From positions 86,019 through 150,018 of the forward strand of contig DFJF01000007.1 in assembly GCA_002372935.1 (NCBI GenBank): a stretch of 64,000 nt of DNA. Direction: 5' to 3'. The position numbers and the translations under genes are program-made. The notes under the pieces were generated by a model, which saw nothing but the letters and a program-made list of their open reading frames with translations, searched no databases and was not told the origin of the DNA. Shown one piece after another: positions 52,029 through 62,547 of this stretch (position 1 is its first letter; the number at the start of each line of letters is the position of its first letter). The DNA is from Clostridiales bacterium UBA3678. GTDB taxonomy: Bacteria; Bacillota; Clostridia; TANB77; CAG-508.

Positions 52029-52083
52029 AATAATATTGTAAATATTTAACATATTTACAAATTATGTGCATAGAAGGTAGATT

Positions 52084-52815
52084 ATGGAAAATTATGCAAT
52101 ATGTGTTAAAGATGTATACAAAAATTTTAATGTGTATTTAGATAAGTCAAATACCATAAAAGAAAAAATTTTGTTTCTATCAAGAAATAAAAAAGAAAAA
52201 AGGGAAGTTTTAAAAGGGATAAATTTGAAGATTAAGCAAGGAGAAGCGGTTGCACTAATTGGAACAAATGGAAGCGGAAAATCTACTTTGCTAAAATTAA
52301 TGACAAAAATTTTATATCCTAATAGTGGTGTGATAAGAATAAATGGAAAACTCACATCACTATTAGAGTTGGGAGCAGGATTTCATCCTGATTTTTCTGG
52401 TAGAGAAAATATATATTTTAATGCTTCAATTTTTGGATTAACAAAAAAGCAAATAGATGCAAAATTGGAAGATATTATAGAATTTTCAGAATTAGAAGAA
52501 TATATAGATAATCCTGTTAGAACCTATTCTTCTGGAATGTTTATGAGACTTGCGTTTGCTGTTGCAATTAATGTAAATGCAGATATTTTACTTGTTGATG
52601 AAATATTATCTGTTGGAGATGAACATTTTCAAAATAAATGTATAAAAAAAATGTTGGAATTAAGAGATAAGGGAAAAACAATGGTTTTTGTAACTCATAG
52701 TATGGATTCTGTAAGAAAACTATGTAGTAGAGCAGTTTGGCTTTGTGACGGACAAATTAGGATTGACGGAAATACAAATGAAGTTATAAATAAATATGTG
52801 GAGGAAACAAAATAA
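52084..52815 (+). CDS. Polysaccharide/teichoic acid export ABC ATPase (Wzt/TagH-like)
   Basis: Motifs GTNGSGKST, LLELGAGFHP, YSSGM and DEILSVGD. Confidence 0.9.
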   Translation: MENYAICVKDVYKNFNVYLDKSNTIKEKILFLSRNKKEKREVLKGINLKIKQGEAVALIGTNGSGKSTLLKLMTKILYPNSGVIRINGKLTSLLELGAGFHPDFSGRENIYFNASIFGLTKKQIDAKLEDIIEFSELEEYIDNPVRTYSSGMFMRLAFAVAINVNADILLVDEILSVGDEHFQNKCIKKMLELRDKGKTMVFVTHSMDSVRKLCSRAVWLCDGQIRIDGNTNEVINKYVEETK

Positions 52816-55058
52816 TGGAAAATAAAAATCCAATAATATCAATTATAACACCATATTATAATTCTCAAGACTATATTGAAGAAACTGCTAAAAGTGTTTT
52901 AAATCAAACATTTGAGAATTTTGAATGGATAATTGTTGATGATGGATCTTCTAATGAAAGTAAAAAAAAACTAAAGCAAATTTCAAAATTAGATGATAGG
53001 ATAAGAATAATTACAGGAAAAACAAATAATGGAGGACCTGCTACAGCGAGGGATTTAGGAATAAAAAATTCTAATTATTTTTCAAAATATATAGTTTTTT
53101 TAGATTCAGATGATTTGTATGATAAAACCTTTTTAGAATGTTGTTATTGGACAATGGAAACTCATCCAAAAGCAAGTTGGTGTTATACAGATTCTATTAA
53201 TTTTGGGGCAAGGAATTTTTTATGGAGGAAATATTATAATGTAAATTGGGAATTAGAAGAGAACATTTTACTCGTTTCTTCATGTGTTAGAAAAGAAGAT
53301 TTAATAGAAGTTGGATGTTTTGGTACAAAAGAAAAAGGTGTTTATGAAGATTGGTATTTATGGATAAAGCTTATTAAAGCAGGGAAATACCCTATTAGGA
53401 TTAATGCACTATTAACCTATTATAGACAAAAAACTGGAGAGAGTGAACTAAAAAAAGCAAATTTGCAAAATAGAAAAAAAGCAATGAGATTAATAAAAAA
53501 TGCAGAAAGAGATTTAATGATCTATAGAGATGGGATTCAATATCCAAAATTTGATTATTATTTTGAAAAAATAGAAGATTGGATTATAAATCCAGAGGCA
53601 AAAAAGAAAGATAACAAAATCCATGTTTTAATGATTTTACCATGGATGATAACTGGTGGTGCAGATAGATTTAACTTGGAATTGGTGAAAAATATTGACA
53701 AAGAAAAATTTGATTTTACAGTAGTTACTGTATTACCAGCTACAAATGAATGGAGAGAAAAATTTGAAAATTTTGCAACTGTTTATGATTTAACCACATT
53801 TTTAGATATGAAAGATTGGACAAGTTTTATAAACTATGCTATCAAAAAAAATAATATTAACTTGATTTTTAACTCGAATAATCAATTTGGATATAAGATT
53901 TTGCCATATTTAAAAGCTAAATATCCTAAAATTCCTATTGTAGATTTTGTACATATGGAAGAATGGTATTGGCGTAATGGTGGATTTTCAAGAGATTCAA
54001 GCATATTACAAAATATAATAGATAAAACATTTACATGTAATGAAAATAGTAGAAGAGTTTTTATAAATAAATTTAAAAGAGATGAAAGAGAAATAAAAAC
54101 TATATACATAGGAGTTGATGAAAAAAAGTATAATCCAGATAAATATGATAAAAAAAGTATTATAAATGAATTTATCAAAAAAAATCAAAAATTCAAAGAA
54201 AGCTATGAAGAGAGCAAAAAAGTAATTTCTTATATTTGCAGAATAACTGAACAAAAAAGACCATTTTTGTTTATTCAGATTATAAAAAAATTATTAGAAC
54301 AGAGAAATGATTTTATTGTACTTGTTGCAGGAGAAGGAGATTTATTAGATTCTGTAAAAAGAAAAGTTATAGAATATAAAATGAATGAATTTTTTGTATT
54401 TTTGGGGAATATTACAGAGCCTCAAAAAATTTATAAAATAAGTGATTTGACAGTAAATACATCAATTAAAGAGGGCTTAGCTCTTACAAGCTATGAATCT
54501 TTGGCTATGAATGTTCCTGTTGTATCAAGTGATGTTGGAGGACAAGCAGAACTAATAAATCAAGATGTTGGTGTTATAGTACCATGTTTACAAAAAGAAG
54601 AAGATATATCTAAATATGATTATTCAAAAGAAGAAGTAAAAAATTATGTAGATGCAATAAACGAGGTTTTTAATAATCTAGATTTTTATAAACAAAATTG
54701 CAGAAATAGAATTTTGAAGAATTTTACAATTGATAATATGGTAAATGTGATGCAAAAAAAATTAATAGAAATATATGAACATCCAGATAAAGAAAAGGAA
54801 GAAAATGGCGTATTTTTGGCAAAAAATATGGATATTTTAAAAGAATTGATTTCAACATATTTTGCTTCTAGCAAGCGAGAATATGAGTATCTTGTAGATG
54901 AATTTAATAAAAGAAATGTGCATATAAACAAAATGGCTAAAAAGAAAACTAAGTTTTATGAGCATACTTTAGAATATAAAATAAAGCATCCAATTGTTGT
55001 TTTTTTAAAAAAAATTGGAATTTATGAAAAAGTAAAGGAGTTAATTTTTAATAATTGA
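52815..55058 (+). CDS. Bifunctional GT2 + GT4 glycosyltransferase
   Basis: N-terminal IITPYYN/VDDGS/FLDSDD; C-terminal GGAD, EQKRP and EGLAL..YESLA..VPVV.SDVGG. Confidence 0.85.
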   Translation: MENKNPIISIITPYYNSQDYIEETAKSVLNQTFENFEWIIVDDGSSNESKKKLKQISKLDDRIRIITGKTNNGGPATARDLGIKNSNYFSKYIVFLDSDDLYDKTFLECCYWTMETHPKASWCYTDSINFGARNFLWRKYYNVNWELEENILLVSSCVRKEDLIEVGCFGTKEKGVYEDWYLWIKLIKAGKYPIRINALLTYYRQKTGESELKKANLQNRKKAMRLIKNAERDLMIYRDGIQYPKFDYYFEKIEDWIINPEAKKKDNKIHVLMILPWMITGGADRFNLELVKNIDKEKFDFTVVTVLPATNEWREKFENFATVYDLTTFLDMKDWTSFINYAIKKNNINLIFNSNNQFGYKILPYLKAKYPKIPIVDFVHMEEWYWRNGGFSRDSSILQNIIDKTFTCNENSRRVFINKFKRDEREIKTIYIGVDEKKYNPDKYDKKSIINEFIKKNQKFKESYEESKKVISYICRITEQKRPFLFIQIIKKLLEQRNDFIVLVAGEGDLLDSVKRKVIEYKMNEFFVFLGNITEPQKIYKISDLTVNTSIKEGLALTSYESLAMNVPVVSSDVGGQAELINQDVGVIVPCLQKEEDISKYDYSKEEVKNYVDAINEVFNNLDFYKQNCRNRILKNFTIDNMVNVMQKKLIEIYEHPDKEKEENGVFLAKNMDILKELISTYFASSKREYEYLVDEFNKRNVHINKMAKKKTKFYEHTLEYKIKHPIVVFLKKIGIYEKVKELIFNN

Positions 55059-55834
55059 TAATGAATGTTTTCAAAAATTTATATGATTACAGAGAGTTGT
55101 TAAAAACAAGTGTAAAAAAAGAAGTGAGGAGTAAATATAAGAATTCTTTTTTAGGAGTATTATGGTCTTTTTTAAATCCATTGCTTCAAATTATTGTGTA
55201 TGCAATTATTTTTTCACTTATATTAAAAAATAAGCAAGACAACTATGCAATTTTTTTATGTGCAGGACTAATACCATGGACATATTTTTCAATATCAATA
55301 AATAAATCAGCTTTTACAATAATAGAGAATGGAAATATTATAAAAAAGGTATATTTTCCAAGAGAGATAATACCTATATCAGTAGTGACAGCAGAAACAA
55401 TAAATTTTTTAATATCAACATTAATCATTTTAGGATTTGTTATATTTGGAGGAATAGGGATTTCCAAATATATATTGTATTATCCATTGGTTTTAATTGC
55501 ACAATATTTAGTAATACTAGCTATATCTTTTATTATATCTAGTATTTGTGTATATTTTAGAGATCTTCAGCATTTTATTGGAATAATATTACAACTCTTA
55601 TTTTATGCTACTCCAATTGTATATTCTCAAGATAGTATTCCGCCTGAATATCAATGGATTCTTAAATATAATCCTATGACATATATTGTAAATGCATATA
55701 GAAATATTTTTTATTATAAAACTGCAATAGATTTAAAATCAATTATATTATTGATAATTATAGCGATTGGGGGTTGTGTATGTGGGTATTGGATTTTTTC
55801 AAAATTACAAAAAGGATTTGCAGAACAATTATAA
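55055..55834 (+). CDS. Polysaccharide export ABC permease (Wzm/TagG-like)
   Basis: Motifs KYKNSFLGVLWSFLNPL, KKVYFPRE, FYATPIVY and NPMT. Confidence 0.9.
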   Translation: MIMNVFKNLYDYRELLKTSVKKEVRSKYKNSFLGVLWSFLNPLLQIIVYAIIFSLILKNKQDNYAIFLCAGLIPWTYFSISINKSAFTIIENGNIIKKVYFPREIIPISVVTAETINFLISTLIILGFVIFGGIGISKYILYYPLVLIAQYLVILAISFIISSICVYFRDLQHFIGIILQLLFYATPIVYSQDSIPPEYQWILKYNPMTYIVNAYRNIFYYKTAIDLKSIILLIIIAIGGCVCGYWIFSKLQKGFAEQL

Positions 55835-57278
55835 AATAAATAAAGATAATGTAAAAATATTTTTGATTTTTTCTATAATAGTCATCATATTGTTTGGAAA
55901 ATTGTACAAAATGGAGTATGCAACAGACACATATCAAGTATTTAATTTTAGTGAACAAGAAGTATATAATCAATTTGCAAGTTCTGGAAGATTTGTAAGT
56001 GCAATAGTGTTCAAATTTGCAAAAAAGATTGGCATGAAAGAGCAGACAATATATGCAATATCTTTTGTTTTGGCAATTTTATGTATGATTTTGTCTTTGG
56101 TAAAAATGTATAAGATAATTAAAATTGACATTAATTCAAAAGTATTAAAAATATTAATACCAATTTTAATAGTACCTAATTTCTTTTCAATTGAATTATT
56201 TCTATTTATTGAAAAGGGAATAATGATTTTTGGAATTTTAATGTGCATAATTGGAATAGAAAATGTTATCAAATTTTGGAAAACCTCTAATAAAAAATAT
56301 CTATTTTTTAGCTTGATTTCTATGTTTATAGCAAATTGCTCATATCAGGGTGTTGTGGGAATTTTTGCATCAGTCTTATTAGTTTATATTTTAAAATATT
56401 CTAAAACAATTAAAGAATTTATAAAAAACAATTTAATTATAGGTACAATTTATTCAATACCTGCTATAATAGACTATTTACTCGTAAAATTTTTATATAA
56501 ACAAAATAGATTAAATGGAAAAATTGAGCTAATAGAATCAATAAAAATGTTGTCAATCAATTTTTTAAAAATGCTTAAAAATATGTATGGATTAATGCCT
56601 AAATATGTATTTATTTTAGTAATACTCTTTACTTTTTCAATTTTATGTTGTAAAATATGTAATGTAGATAAAAAAAGGATTCATATATTAAAATTTATAT
56701 ATATTTTCATGGGAATAAGTGTTTTTGCAGTAGCTCCACAAATATTGCAACCGACTTCAAATATTTGGTTAGTGCCAAGATCTACATATTGTTTTGCATC
56801 TATATATGGAATATTAATATTATATTTATCAATAAATTATACACTAGAAAATATAGATGAAAAATTAATTATACTTATAAGCATATTTTTATTAATATTT
56901 CAGGTACATGGATTTTGGCTAATAGAAAAAGATAGATATATTTTAAACCAAAAAGATTATGAAGTTACAATGCAAATAATTGATAAAATTAATAAATATG
57001 AATCAAAAACAAAAAATATAATTTCAAAAATAGAAGTTTACCAAGACTTGTCAATAAAATATACATATGATGGCTTATTTGCTGTAGGTGACATGAATGT
57101 TAAATGTTATGCAAATGATTGGAGTATAATAGCAATTTTAAATTATTATGTAAATAGAAATTTAAAATTAGATTATAGTCAAGATTTATCAGATAATTTT
57201 AAAAATAAAGATTGGAATGAATTTGATGACAGTCAAATAGTTTTTTATAATGATACAATGGCACTATGCAAGTATTAA
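55767..57278 (+). CDS. Multi-TM GtrII-like (GT-C) glycosyltransferase; start uncertain
   Basis: D...GR motif in the first loop, SYQ and PRS; many TM helices; next to a GtrB-like gene. Confidence 0.55.
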   Translation: MGVVYVGIGFFQNYKKDLQNNYKINKDNVKIFLIFSIIVIILFGKLYKMEYATDTYQVFNFSEQEVYNQFASSGRFVSAIVFKFAKKIGMKEQTIYAISFVLAILCMILSLVKMYKIIKIDINSKVLKILIPILIVPNFFSIELFLFIEKGIMIFGILMCIIGIENVIKFWKTSNKKYLFFSLISMFIANCSYQGVVGIFASVLLVYILKYSKTIKEFIKNNLIIGTIYSIPAIIDYLLVKFLYKQNRLNGKIELIESIKMLSINFLKMLKNMYGLMPKYVFILVILFTFSILCCKICNVDKKRIHILKFIYIFMGISVFAVAPQILQPTSNIWLVPRSTYCFASIYGILILYLSINYTLENIDEKLIILISIFLLIFQVHGFWLIEKDRYILNQKDYEVTMQIIDKINKYESKTKNIISKIEVYQDLSIKYTYDGLFAVGDMNVKCYANDWSIIAILNYYVNRNLKLDYSQDLSDNFKNKDWNEFDDSQIVFYNDTMALCKY

Positions 57279-57304
57279 AAAATGATGAAAGGGATGTAGC
57301 TAAG

Positions 57305-58249
57305 ATGAAAAAAATTAGTATTATTGTTCCAGCATATAATGAGGAAGAATCATTGCCATATTTATATGAAAGATTAAATAAATTAATGGATTCTATGAAA
57401 CAATATGAATTTGAAATATTGTTTATTAATGATGGTAGTAAAGATAACACATTAAAATTAATAAAACAATATAGAGAAAAAGATAGTAGATATTGTTATG
57501 TTGATTTTTCAAGAAATTTTGGAAAAGAAATAGGAATGATTGCAGGTTTGGATTATGCAACAGGTGATTGTGTAATATTTATAGATGCAGATTTACAAGA
57601 TCCACCAGAGCTAATCCCAGAACTTATAAAATATTGGGAAGAGGGGTATGATGATGTCTATGCAAGACGTCGTTCAAGAGAAGGAGAAACATTCTTAAAA
57701 AAATTTACATCAAAAATGTATTATAAAGTATTACAAAAAATGACAAAAGTCGAAATACAGAAAGATACAGGTGATTTTAGGTTATTAGATAGAAGATGTG
57801 TAAATGCATTAAAAAAACTACGTGAATCATCAAGAAATACAAAATCAATGTTTAGCTGGATTGGATACAATAAAAAAGAAGTATTATATGATAGAGATGC
57901 AAGAATAGCAGGAAAAACAAAGTGGAATTATATGAAATTAATGGATTTAGCAATAGATGGTATTACTTCTTTTACCACATCACCATTAAGACTTTCAACA
58001 TGGATAGCAATACCTACATTTTTAATGCTTTTAGTATATTTTATATATGTAATTGTAAAATGTATAGTTACAAGTACAGCAATGCAAGCATTTCAAGCTA
58101 TAATCTTATTAATACTATTTTTCTCAGGTGTTCAAATTTTATTATTTGGAATTATGGGAGAATACTTGGGAAGAATATTTAATGAAACAAAAAATAGACC
58201 ATTATATTTGGTAAATGAATATAACGGAAAAAAAGAAATGAACGAGTAG
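57305..58249 (+). CDS. GT2 polyprenol-phosphate glycosyltransferase (GtrB/YkoT/CsbB-like)
   Basis: Motifs VPAYNEE, NDGSKD, SRNFGKE, DADLQDPP and GDFRLL, with two C-terminal TM helices. Confidence 0.9.
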   Translation: MKKISIIVPAYNEEESLPYLYERLNKLMDSMKQYEFEILFINDGSKDNTLKLIKQYREKDSRYCYVDFSRNFGKEIGMIAGLDYATGDCVIFIDADLQDPPELIPELIKYWEEGYDDVYARRRSREGETFLKKFTSKMYYKVLQKMTKVEIQKDTGDFRLLDRRCVNALKKLRESSRNTKSMFSWIGYNKKEVLYDRDARIAGKTKWNYMKLMDLAIDGITSFTTSPLRLSTWIAIPTFLMLLVYFIYVIVKCIVTSTAMQAFQAIILLILFFSGVQILLFGIMGEYLGRIFNETKNRPLYLVNEYNGKKEMNE

Positions 58250-58296
58250 GATCCAACGGTTTGTATATAATTGTGAAAAAAGAATATACTATAACT

Positions 58297-60765
58297 ATGA
58301 GTACAAATAGTTATAATGAAAAAAAAATAATAAAAAATAAATATGTTATAACTACAATATTTGTAATTATAACATATTTTTTATATTTAAAAATGATGGA
58401 AATATATCCATTTGGAGAAAATTCAATATTAAAAAGTGATTTGTATAAGCAATACATAAATTTTTTCTGTTATTTAAAGCAAATTTTAATTAATGATAAA
58501 AGTATTTTAATGTGCTGGAATTTGGGGCTTGCAAATAATTTTTATACAACATTTGCTTATTATCTAATAAGTCCAATTAATTTATTGGTAGTGTTTTTTA
58601 ATTTTAGTAATATTGATATTTTTGTAGAAATTGCTATAGGCATAAAAATAGTGCTAATGGCGAATTTTACACTATTATTTTTAAAATGTTCATACAATTA
58701 TAGTAAAAAAGAATCAATTATTTTTGGACTTATTTATGCATTTTCATCTTATGTTATATGTTATAGTTTTCATATTATGTGGCTTGATTGCTTATATATG
58801 TTGCCAATAGTTCTTTTGTTTGTTGATAAGTTTATAGATAATAATAAGATACTCCCTTTAATTTTAAGCTTAGCCTATGCGATTTTAACAAATTACTATA
58901 TAGGATATATGGTAGCTTTTTTTGCTGGAATATATTTTTTGACAAAATGTTTTATTGTAAAAAAGAAAAATTTTATCAAAAGTTTATTTAAATTTTTATT
59001 TGCGATATCAATTTCTTTTATAATAGGTATGATTGTGATATATCCTTCACTACTACAGTTACATGGAAAAATGAATATATCAAAAAATGCAGAATTAATA
59101 AAAATTGACAAGGAAAAAATAAGATTATTTATTAATGTAATTTTCAATAATTATATATATAGTTTTACTCAAAAATCATGTTTTATGTTTTCAAGTACAT
59201 TAATAATTCTATTATTACCAATGTACTTTTTAAATTCTAAAATTAGCAAAAGAGAAAAAATAGGGTATTCAATTGTTATCATATTTCTACTATTACCAAT
59301 AGTTTCACCTTTTTTAGATAAATTATGGCATTGTTTTACTGTGCCAAATTGTTTTAATTATAGATATTCATTTACATTGATATTTATAATGGTTTTAATA
59401 GGTGCAAGAGAATTTCAAAACAAAAGAGGCACAAAGAAAAAGGATTTTCTATTTAGCCTAATAATATTTTTTTTACTTACAATAATAGAATTAATTTTTA
59501 AACAAAAGGGATATTTGGAATTAGATGGATATATTGTTTCTTATAAATCTATTCTTGTATCTATAGTGATATATCTGACTTTTTTTGCAATAGTTTATTA
59601 TTTATATTTTGTAAATTCAAAATCAAAGAAAAATATTGTTTTTTTAGTTTTAATATTTGTAATAATGATTGACTTGTTGGTTGGGGCAAACAGTGGACAA
59701 AATAATAATGATAGATATTTAAAAAGAGATATGATTAGTCAATATGACAATTTTTGGAAATATTTAAAAAAAAATATTAAACAGCCAGAGACAGAAAGAG
59801 TTGTATTTTATCCAGATAAATATGGTAGCAATATGTCTTTAAAATATGGATATAGTGATATTGGATTTTTTTCATCTGCAAGAAACAGAGATATATTAAA
59901 ATCAATGTATAGATTGGGATATAATGTTCAGATGGATGAACAATTATGGATTACATCATATAGTGGAACATTTTTAAATTATGATATTGCAGGTGTAAAG
60001 TATTATATTACAGAACAAAAATTAGATGAGAATGAAATTTACGGATTTAATTTAATTGAAAAATATGACAATTTATATATTTATGAAAATAAAAATAATT
60101 TTAATATTGGATATTATTTATCAGATAATATTGAAGAAAGTTATAATCCATTTAAAATACAAAATGAATATCTTAATAATTTGACCTCAGGAAATAATGA
60201 TTATCAGTATTTTCAAGATCCTGAGAAATCTGAAATTTTAAATTGTAAAAAACAAAGTGAGAAAAATAATGAAACACAAGAATATACAATAAATTATGAA
60301 ATAGAGGCTAAAGATGACTGTAGTATATATATTTTTAGTGATTATAATTTGCAGGCATATGTAAATGGAAAAGAACAATTTGAAAATTATTCAAACATTT
60401 GGTCAACAGAAACAGGAATCAAGCAAGTTAAGCATTTGAAAAAAGGAGGAAAAGCTACTATAAAAATAGTAACTACAAATAGTTTGGATTCATTATATAT
60501 TTATGCTTCGAATAATAATAAAATACAAAATATTTTGAATGAAAAAGATAAAGATAATTATTTTTCAAATGTAAAAATAGAAAAAGATGGATTAACTGGA
60601 ACAGCAAATTTTAAAGATAATGGATATTTAGCATTTGCAATGTCTTATGATAAAAATTGGAAAATTTTTGTTGATGGAAATAAGGTAAAAACAGAAAATA
60701 TAGCAGGTTGTTTTATAGGAACTAAATTAGAAAAAGGAATTCATAAAATAAAAATAGTTTTTTAA
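58297..60765 (+). CDS. YfhO family membrane glycosyltransferase
   Basis: YPFG..SIL.SDL..QY, YYLISP.N, MWLD, NYYIGYM, YRYSF and YDKNW...VDG. The start is uncertain. Confidence 0.85.
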   Translation: MSTNSYNEKKIIKNKYVITTIFVIITYFLYLKMMEIYPFGENSILKSDLYKQYINFFCYLKQILINDKSILMCWNLGLANNFYTTFAYYLISPINLLVVFFNFSNIDIFVEIAIGIKIVLMANFTLLFLKCSYNYSKKESIIFGLIYAFSSYVICYSFHIMWLDCLYMLPIVLLFVDKFIDNNKILPLILSLAYAILTNYYIGYMVAFFAGIYFLTKCFIVKKKNFIKSLFKFLFAISISFIIGMIVIYPSLLQLHGKMNISKNAELIKIDKEKIRLFINVIFNNYIYSFTQKSCFMFSSTLIILLLPMYFLNSKISKREKIGYSIVIIFLLLPIVSPFLDKLWHCFTVPNCFNYRYSFTLIFIMVLIGAREFQNKRGTKKKDFLFSLIIFFLLTIIELIFKQKGYLELDGYIVSYKSILVSIVIYLTFFAIVYYLYFVNSKSKKNIVFLVLIFVIMIDLLVGANSGQNNNDRYLKRDMISQYDNFWKYLKKNIKQPETERVVFYPDKYGSNMSLKYGYSDIGFFSSARNRDILKSMYRLGYNVQMDEQLWITSYSGTFLNYDIAGVKYYITEQKLDENEIYGFNLIEKYDNLYIYENKNNFNIGYYLSDNIEESYNPFKIQNEYLNNLTSGNNDYQYFQDPEKSEILNCKKQSEKNNETQEYTINYEIEAKDDCSIYIFSDYNLQAYVNGKEQFENYSNIWSTETGIKQVKHLKKGGKATIKIVTTNSLDSLYIYASNNNKIQNILNEKDKDNYFSNVKIEKDGLTGTANFKDNGYLAFAMSYDKNWKIFVDGNKVKTENIAGCFIGTKLEKGIHKIKIVF

Positions 60766-60945
60766 TAATTTAATAGAATGTCATAATAAGGACATTCTAA
60801 AATATTACAAACATGTTACAAAAAAATTAAATAATTGTGAATTTTTTGAGAAATCTATTGAAAAAAAAGTAGATTATTGTTATTATATATATGATATTTT
60901 TAAAAATAAATTTTAAACTTTTGGGTAAAAGGGGCATAAGTTGTA

Positions 60946-61632
60946 ATGATAGAATTTAGAAATGTAAAAAAAACATATAGTACAGGTACAAAAGCTATAA
61001 GAAATGCAAACTTTAGAATAGATAAAGGTGAATTTTGTTTTTTAGTTGGTACATCAGGAAGTGGAAAATCAACACTAATTAAATTAATTTTAAAAGAAGA
61101 AGAGCCTACATCTGGTAGTATAATTATTAATGGAAAAGATACTACCTTTCTTAAGCAGAGCAAGATTCCATATTTAAGAAGAAGTATGGGAGTTGTTTTT
61201 CAAGATTTTAGATTATTACCAGACAAAACAGTTTATGATAATGTAGCTTATGCAATGTATATAGTTAGGGCAACACCTAGACATATTAGAAGACAAGTAC
61301 CAATGGTATTGTCACTTGTTGGACTTAGTGGCAAAGCTAAAATGTATCCAAATGAGCTTTCAGGAGGAGAGCAACAAAGAGTAGCACTTGCAAGAGCATT
61401 AGTAAATAATCCATCAATGCTTATTGCAGATGAGCCTACAGGAAATTTAGACCCTGATACAGCTTGGGAAATAATGAGTCTTTTAAATGATATAAATATG
61501 AGAGGAACAACTGTAGTTGTAGCAACACATGCAAAAGACATAGTTGATAAAATGCAAAAAAGAGTTATTCAAATTGAAAAAGGCGAAATAATTAGAGATG
61601 ATAAAAAAGGCGGGTATGAAAGTGAAATATAA
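60946..61632 (+). CDS. ftsE: Cell division ATP-binding protein FtsE
   Basis: Motifs GTSGSGKST, VVFQDFRLL, LSGGEQQRV and ADEPTGNLD. Confidence 0.93.
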   Translation: MIEFRNVKKTYSTGTKAIRNANFRIDKGEFCFLVGTSGSGKSTLIKLILKEEEPTSGSIIINGKDTTFLKQSKIPYLRRSMGVVFQDFRLLPDKTVYDNVAYAMYIVRATPRHIRRQVPMVLSLVGLSGKAKMYPNELSGGEQQRVALARALVNNPSMLIADEPTGNLDPDTAWEIMSLLNDINMRGTTVVVATHAKDIVDKMQKRVIQIEKGEIIRDDKKGGYESEI

Positions 61633-62518
61633 TATATTAACATATTTAATAGGAGAAGGTTTTTCAAATGTATTCAAAAACAGAAAACAAGCTATAATAT
61701 CAATTAGTATGATGTGCATTACAATGTTAATTTTTGGAATATTTTTTGTAATAGCTGAGAACATAAACCATTTTGTAGATGAGGTTGAAGGAGAACAAGG
61801 GATTCAAGTATACATGAAAAAAAATGTTACAGATGAACAAATTCAAACTTTAAAACAACAGTTACTTGCGATAGATGGTATAAATACAGTAGAATTTGTC
61901 TCTCAGGCTGATGCTTTACAAGAGGTTAAAGATAAATTTGGAGATAAAGCTTCATTATTAGAGGGACGTGATGAGAGTATTTTTCCAGTATCATACATAA
62001 TTACACTTACCGATTTAAGCAAATCATCAGAAATACAAGAGCAAATTTCAAAATTAGATAATGTCGGGGAAATAAGGAGCAGTAATGAAACTATTTCCAC
62101 TTTAGTAAGGATTGCAAGAGGTATAAGAATCGCTACTTATGTAATTTCTATTTGTTTAATTGTCTTTGCAATATTTATTATAACAAATACTATAAAACTT
62201 ACTGTTCACGCAAGAAGAAGAGAAATTTCAATAATGAAATATGTAGGTGCAACCAATGGTTTTATAAGATGGCCATTTGCTGTAGAAGGAATAATAATCG
62301 GATTAATATCTGGGGCCATTTCTATAGCTTTATTGTATGGTGTTTACTCATTAGCATTGAGCAATGATTCATTTTTAAGCTTTATATCAAAAATGGGCTT
62401 AACTTTATTACACTTTTCAGATATGTTTACCTTAATAATTTTGGTTTATTTAGTTTTAGGAATTGTAGTTGGTGTATTAGGAAGTACAATTTCAATGAGA
62501 AAATATTTAAAAGTTTAA
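61616..62518 (+). CDS. ftsX: Cell division permease FtsX
   Basis: NTIKLTVHARRREISIMKYVGAT..FIRWPF..EG; follows ftsE. Confidence 0.92.
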   Translation: MKVKYNILTYLIGEGFSNVFKNRKQAIISISMMCITMLIFGIFFVIAENINHFVDEVEGEQGIQVYMKKNVTDEQIQTLKQQLLAIDGINTVEFVSQADALQEVKDKFGDKASLLEGRDESIFPVSYIITLTDLSKSSEIQEQISKLDNVGEIRSSNETISTLVRIARGIRIATYVISICLIVFAIFIITNTIKLTVHARRREISIMKYVGATNGFIRWPFAVEGIIIGLISGAISIALLYGVYSLALSNDSFLSFISKMGLTLLHFSDMFTLIILVYLVLGIVVGVLGSTISMRKYLKV

Positions 62519-62547
62519 AATATCTATTCAAGAAAAAGGAGGATTAT

